Shown in pieces: positions 59,482 to 64,000 of a stretch of 64,000 bases of DNA. The notes below the pieces were generated by a model. It did no database searches. It worked only from the letters and a program-made list of their open reading frames with translations, and was not told the DNA's origin. The translations under genes were made by a program, and so were the position numbers. This DNA is from Gammaproteobacteria bacterium (GTDB taxonomy: Bacteria > Pseudomonadota > Gammaproteobacteria > Eutrophobiales > Eutrophobiaceae), in contig CAXMWX010000003.1 in the NCBI GenBank assembly GCA_963422205.2, forward strand, positions 29,623 through 93,622, read 5' to 3'. How positions within the stretch are numbered: position 1 is the stretch's first letter; the number at the start of each line of letters is the position of its first letter.

Positions 59482-60714
59482 ATGCAAATCTATCAGGTGG
59501 GCGGGGCAGTTCGGGATGAGTTACTCGGCCTTGAGGTAAAAGATCGGGACTGGGTAGTCACAGGGGCAACGCCACAAGAGATGCTGGGCCTGGGTTACCG
59601 CCAGGTGGGCAGAGATTTTCCAGTGTTTCTGCATCCTGAAAGCAAGGAAGAGTATGCACTGGCACGCACGGAGCAGAAGACCGCCCCCGGCTATCGTGGC
59701 TTTGCCTTCAATACCGCTTCGTCTGTGACGCTCAAGGAGGATTTGCAACGGCGTGATATCACCATTAACGCGATGGCCAGAGACAGCAACGGCGATTTGA
59801 TCGATCCCTGTCATGGCCAGGCTGATCTAAAAGCCGGTATCATCCGCCATATCTCCCCGGCCTTCTCGGAAGATCCGCTCAGAGTATTGCGCGTTGCCCG
59901 CTTCAGTGCGCGCCTTGGCTTTACTGTGGCTGATGAAACGTTGCGACTGATGCGGGCGCTGGCGGCCTCTGGCGAGTTGACCACGCTCGCCCCGGAGCGA
60001 ATCTGGATTGAAACAGAAAAAGCACTGACAACTGAACGGCCGCGGCGGTATTTTCAGGTGCTGTATGACTGTGGTGCGCTGGCCGTGATATTGCCGGAAA
60101 TTGCCCGCTTGTTTGGCATACCGCAACCGCCGCAACATCACCCGGAGATCGACTGCGGTATACACACGCTTATGGTGCTGGATATGGCCTGCCTGTTATC
60201 CACCGACCCGGTCATTCGCTTTGCCGCCCTGGTGCACGATCTGGGAAAAGCGGCGACACCGGCAGCCATCCTGCCCAGCCATCGCGGCCATGAGGAGCGC
60301 GGCGTCACGATCATACACAAGCTGGCCAATCGGCTGAAGCTGCCGGGCAAATACCGCGAGCTGGCCGTGCTGGTATCCCGCTATCATCTTGATTGTCATC
60401 GGATTGAGGAGATGCGGGCCAGCACCATTTTAGCCAAACTGGAGGCACTGGATGCCTTTCGCCGACCGCAGCGCTTCAGGCAGTTTCTGCTGGTCTGTGA
60501 AGCCGATGCCAGGGGCCGCAAGGGCATGGAAAATATCGCCTACAGCCAGGCTGAGTTTTTCAATCGTTGCCTTGAGGTGTGTGCAGCGATAGACAGCCAG
60601 CCGTTGCTGGCCGATGGTTTGCAGGGTGAGATGCTCGCCGCGGCCATCAGAGAACAACGCCTGCAGGCGATCAAGGCACTGGATTCTGTATCAGATAAAA
60701 ATAACAAACAATAA
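59482..60714 (+). CDS. cca: Multifunctional CCA-adding enzyme (tRNA nucleotidyltransferase with HD domain)
   Basis: MQIYQVGGAVRDELLG...DRDWVV head domain and the HDLGK HD motif. Confidence 0.94.
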   Translation: MQIYQVGGAVRDELLGLEVKDRDWVVTGATPQEMLGLGYRQVGRDFPVFLHPESKEEYALARTEQKTAPGYRGFAFNTASSVTLKEDLQRRDITINAMARDSNGDLIDPCHGQADLKAGIIRHISPAFSEDPLRVLRVARFSARLGFTVADETLRLMRALAASGELTTLAPERIWIETEKALTTERPRRYFQVLYDCGALAVILPEIARLFGIPQPPQHHPEIDCGIHTLMVLDMACLLSTDPVIRFAALVHDLGKAATPAAILPSHRGHEERGVTIIHKLANRLKLPGKYRELAVLVSRYHLDCHRIEEMRASTILAKLEALDAFRRPQRFRQFLLVCEADARGRKGMENIAYSQAEFFNRCLEVCAAIDSQPLLADGLQGEMLAAAIREQRLQAIKALDSVSDKNNKQ

Positions 60715-61485
60715 GCCACCCAATAGCAAGCGATAGATGACATAGGGCAACAGGGCGATGCGATCAAGCAGCTTCAGAAAATAATGTATCGCAACATAGG
60801 CACTCAGAAAAGAGACCAGCACGACTGTCAGCAGCCCTTTCCAGTCGACCGGGGCGGTGCTGTCAATCAGTTCTAACACCTCATAAGCACTGGCGATCAA
60901 GATCACCGGGATCGCCAGCAAAAAAGAAAAGTGCGAGGTTGCCTGCCGATCAAGGCCGAGTAACAAACCGGCGGTGATGGTCACGCCAGAGCGGGAAGCA
61001 CCGGGTATTAATGCCAGCATTTGCACACAGCCGATAATCAGCGCATCCCTCAAGGTCACATCGGTCAGCACCCGTTCACGCCGACCGGTGACATCGGCCC
61101 ACCATAGCGGCAAGGCAAACAGCAAGGTGGCGGCAGCGATGATCAGGGGATGGCGTAAATCAAGCTCAAGCAGGACGGCGATGACCATGCCGGCCAGGCA
61201 GACCGGCACAGTGGCTATCAAGAGATACCAGGCAAGCCGGCCATCCTGTGACGGCGGTTGGGTAAAAGAGCCCAGCCAGCCGGTGATGATTTGCCCGAGT
61301 CGCTGCCGGAAATACCAGCTAACGGCCAACAGGCTGCCGGCATGGGCGGCCACATCATACCGCCGGCCCTGATCGGGATAATCCATCAACTCCGGCAAGA
61401 GGATGAGGTGGGCCGAGCTGGATATGGGCAGAAATTCGGTCAGCCCCTGCAACAGGCCTAGCAACAATAAATGAAAAAAATCCAA
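60691..61485 (-). CDS. uppP: Undecaprenyl-diphosphate phosphatase
   Basis: GLTEFLPISSSAHL and PGASRSG motifs. Its 3' end overlaps the cca 3' end by 24 nt. Confidence 0.95.
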   Translation of the reverse strand: MDFFHLLLLGLLQGLTEFLPISSSAHLILLPELMDYPDQGRRYDVAAHAGSLLAVSWYFRQRLGQIITGWLGSFTQPPSQDGRLAWYLLIATVPVCLAGMVIAVLLELDLRHPLIIAAATLLFALPLWWADVTGRRERVLTDVTLRDALIIGCVQMLALIPGASRSGVTITAGLLLGLDRQATSHFSFLLAIPVILIASAYEVLELIDSTAPVDWKGLLTVVLVSFLSAYVAIHYFLKLLDRIALLPYVIYRLLLGGLLFVIFI

Positions 61486-61497
61486 GCACCTGCTCCT

Positions 61498-62688
61498 TCA
61501 AAGACGCGGCAACGGGTTATTAAAAGAAAAACCGATCAAGTCGGTATCAAACTGCTGGTTAAATCCAATCACCTTAAACCGCTCCCCCATTGCCGCCGGC
61601 AGGATGAGTTGCCTGGCCTCGGCAGATAAGCGGATCAGATCCCCGCTGCCATCGCCCGCTTTGCCTGAGAGAATACGATCCAGCCCGCAGCCGACAAGAA
61701 AGCTGGCCTGGTTGGTATAGCCTGCCACCTTGAGGCCGGCTGCCACGGCACAATCGGCCAGGGCGGTGAAATCCACGGATGCCGTTATATCCTGTAAGCC
61801 CGGATAATAAAACGGATCATCATGTACACGATGCCGATAATGGCACAGCAAAGTCCCATTAACACGTTGCGGGTGATAATACTCTCGGCGAACATAACCG
61901 TAGTCTATCAGCAGGATAACGCCTGCCACCAGCGCATCGGCCAGGCGGCTTATCCAGGCCGCCTGATGGGGGTTGATTTCAGTCACGTAGCGATGCGGCA
62001 GATCATCTGTCAGCGTGGCCAGCACCGCCTCCACCTGTTGCTGCACGTCCTCTGCCGCCGGCATGACCTGCCAGCCAAACTGTCCCTGACGATGAGAGAC
62101 ATGCAGCTCATTGATACGCTTGCCTTGAAGCGCAATCCGTTTTACCGGCAGGGCATCCAGCACCTCATTGGCCAGGATAACGCCGTTGATACCATGGCTG
62201 GGCAACCGCTCCAGCCAGGTGATATACGGCAGCAGATGGGGCACGCTCTGCTGTAGCACCTGTTGCTGACGTTGCTTGAGTTCAGCACTGATTTCCACAA
62301 TATAATAGCAGGCTGGCAACTGCTGTTGCCGCTCCAGAGCCAGCAGGATATCCCGTGCCATCACACCCGTGCCGGCCCCCAACTCCAGCAGGCAACCATC
62401 TGTCATGCCTGCCAGCACCTGTTGGCATTGTACCGCAAGACACTCGGAGAACAGTGTCGATATGACCGGGGCGGTGACAAAATCACCGGCCTTGCCTATC
62501 TGCTCTGCTCCGGCGGAATAATAGCCGAGACCAGGCGCATATAAGGCCATCTGCATAAAACGATCAAAGCTCACCTGCCCGCCTTGCCGAGTGATCTCAT
62601 CAATGATCACATCGCACACCCGGCGACTATGTTCACAGGCCGGGTCATCAGGCCCGGGCAATGGCCCGGAGAGTCGCTGTTTATCCAT
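61498..62688 (-). CDS. Class I SAM-dependent methyltransferase, DUF185/MidA (NDUFAF7-like)
   Basis: FMQMALYAPGLGYYS...GDFVTAP...LLELGAGTGVMARD pattern typical of the family. Confidence 0.8.
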   Translation of the reverse strand: MDKQRLSGPLPGPDDPACEHSRRVCDVIIDEITRQGGQVSFDRFMQMALYAPGLGYYSAGAEQIGKAGDFVTAPVISTLFSECLAVQCQQVLAGMTDGCLLELGAGTGVMARDILLALERQQQLPACYYIVEISAELKQRQQQVLQQSVPHLLPYITWLERLPSHGINGVILANEVLDALPVKRIALQGKRINELHVSHRQGQFGWQVMPAAEDVQQQVEAVLATLTDDLPHRYVTEINPHQAAWISRLADALVAGVILLIDYGYVRREYYHPQRVNGTLLCHYRHRVHDDPFYYPGLQDITASVDFTALADCAVAAGLKVAGYTNQASFLVGCGLDRILSGKAGDGSGDLIRLSAEARQLILPAAMGERFKVIGFNQQFDTDLIGFSFNNPLPRL

Positions 62689-62786
62689 TCGATTTATGTA
62701 AAAAATGATTCCTTGCCGACTGCATTGATCTTCTTGGCAAGTCAGGGATGCGCTTGCTTCTATGTTTCTGCATAATACACCAGGCC

Positions 62787-63518
62787 ATGCAACGGAAAAC
62801 AGCCTTGATCACGGGCGCCTCACGGCGGATTGGTGCAGGTATTGCCAGGCACCTGCATCAAAAAAATATTGATGTTGTTGTGCATTACCGGCATTCAAAA
62901 GCCGCGGCCGAGTCCCTGGTCAAGTCGCTGAATTTAAGCCGACCAGCATCGGCCCTGGCGGTGCATGGCAATCTGCTGGATAAGGCCAGTTATGATGACC
63001 TGATTGCACACAGCCTGGCGTTGAACGGTGTGCTGGATATCCTGATCAATAATGCCTCGATGTTCTATCCCACCCCCGTGACCGCCTTCAACGAGGACGA
63101 CTGGGATGCACTCATCGGCACCAATCTCAAGGCGCCGCTGTTCCTGTCCCGGAACGCTGCCCCGCACCTTGAACAACAGCGTGGCTGTATTATCAACATC
63201 ACCGATATACACGGGCTGAAACCACTGGCAGGCCATCCACTTTACAGCATGGCAAAGGCCGGCTTGATCATGTTGACCCAGTCGCTGGCGAGGGAGCTGG
63301 CACCGGCGGTGCGGATCAATGCGATTTCACCCGGGGCGATCCTCTGGCCGGAGACGATGAAGGCCGAGGTGCAGGCGGATATTCTTGCGCGCATACCCCT
63401 TAAAAGACAAGGCGAGCCTGGCGATATCGCCAAAGCGGCTTACTTTCTGATTGCCGAAGCAGACTATATCACCGGGCAAATTCTCAGTGTGGATGGCGGG
63501 CGCAGCCTGTACAGTTAG
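62787..63518 (+). CDS. Short-chain dehydrogenase, pteridine reductase/FolM-like
   Basis: ALITGASRRIGAGIA and YSMAKAG (YxxxK) motifs. The ATG at 62787 is preferred over the longer ORF. Confidence 0.8.
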   Translation: MQRKTALITGASRRIGAGIARHLHQKNIDVVVHYRHSKAAAESLVKSLNLSRPASALAVHGNLLDKASYDDLIAHSLALNGVLDILINNASMFYPTPVTAFNEDDWDALIGTNLKAPLFLSRNAAPHLEQQRGCIINITDIHGLKPLAGHPLYSMAKAGLIMLTQSLARELAPAVRINAISPGAILWPETMKAEVQADILARIPLKRQGEPGDIAKAAYFLIAEADYITGQILSVDGGRSLYS

Positions 63519-63526
63519 GCGGCGGC

Positions 63527-64000
63527 CTATGGCTGCTTGCTCTCTGCCCCGGTCGCCAGGTGCCACTTGAGGATATTCAGCTCAATGAAGAGAAACGCCA
63601 GCAACCATAAAAAAGCATCCCAGAAATCGAGAAACTCACCGTATATTCCCCAGTACAGCGCACAGGCAAACAAGATCGAATACACCACGGCCTTGATGAG
63701 TTTACCGGCAGCTGCCATCTTCCGGGTCAGCCGGTGTCTTGATTGCAGATAGACCTCAGCCTCCAGCAACAACACAACGATCAGCCAATCGCCGGCATTG
63801 ATGATGTCCACCAGCGCCAGATGCACGGCCTGCTGCATTGCCGGGACCGTGCTGATGATGGGGGTACCGGCGATGCGTACCAGTGGCTGCCCCTGCATGG
63901 CAAGACAGACATCCGGCGTTATGGCGGCATAATTATCCACCCGCATATAGCGATACTCGGTGTCCACCAGGCGGCACACATCGGCGGTGATAAACGGCAC
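63527..64000 (-). CDS. Hypothetical membrane protein, 5'-truncated by the window edge
   Basis: The ORF is open to the window end. C-terminal hydrophobic helices (VVYSILFACALYWGIY, AFLWLLAFLFIEL). Confidence 0.5.
   Translation of the reverse strand: MPFITADVCRLVDTEYRYMRVDNYAAITPDVCLAMQGQPLVRIAGTPIISTVPAMQQAVHLALVDIINAGDWLIVVLLLEAEVYLQSRHRLTRKMAAAGKLIKAVVYSILFACALYWGIYGEFLDFWDAFLWLLAFLFIELNILKWHLATGAESKQP

Overview
The window looks like a gammaproteobacterial-type chromosome, mid-50s %GC from hand-counted sample lines. It is mostly core housekeeping genes in conserved blocks. From memory, the first 14 kb follow the Pseudomonas-type order hemA-prfA-prmC-moeB opposite TPR-lolB-ispE-tRNA-Gln-prs-rplY-pth-ychF. 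The other blocks are trpE-trpG ... trpD-trpC, rpe, an SPFH/NfeD pair, queG, bcp-gcvR opposite dapA-bamC, glnA with a sigma-54/NtrC-type control region, lysA-lptM, trxA-rho, groES-groEL with a CIRCE operator, tesA opposite ybbA-ybbP, can-hemH, slt, cca and uppP.

Four accessory or unusual patches stand out:
1. A roughly 4.9 kb AT-rich island sits between trpG and trpD, on the same strand as the trp genes. It carries three DNA methyltransferases and an HNH nuclease whose frame is broken at an A7 tract. I saw no mobility genes.
2. A patch between bamC and glnA holds a sulfotransferase, about 650 bp with no intact gene, and a GC-rich single-polypeptide DNA methyltransferase-HNH fusion.
3. A 16-nt poly-C tract lies about 40 bp upstream of a family-25 LPS/LOS glycosyltransferase that is inserted between hemA and the TPR-lolB operon.
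4. A bacterial cereblon-like (CULT) domain gene sits next to a 12-bp-periodic CATG repeat.

Smaller observations are an apparent 1-nt deletion near the 3' end of rpe, tandem 13-bp repeats upstream of an aldolase gene, and two unassigned genes between rho and groEL.

I found no CRISPR array, rRNA, transposase or integrase. Every family assignment comes from motif recognition in the supplied translations, and no database search was possible.
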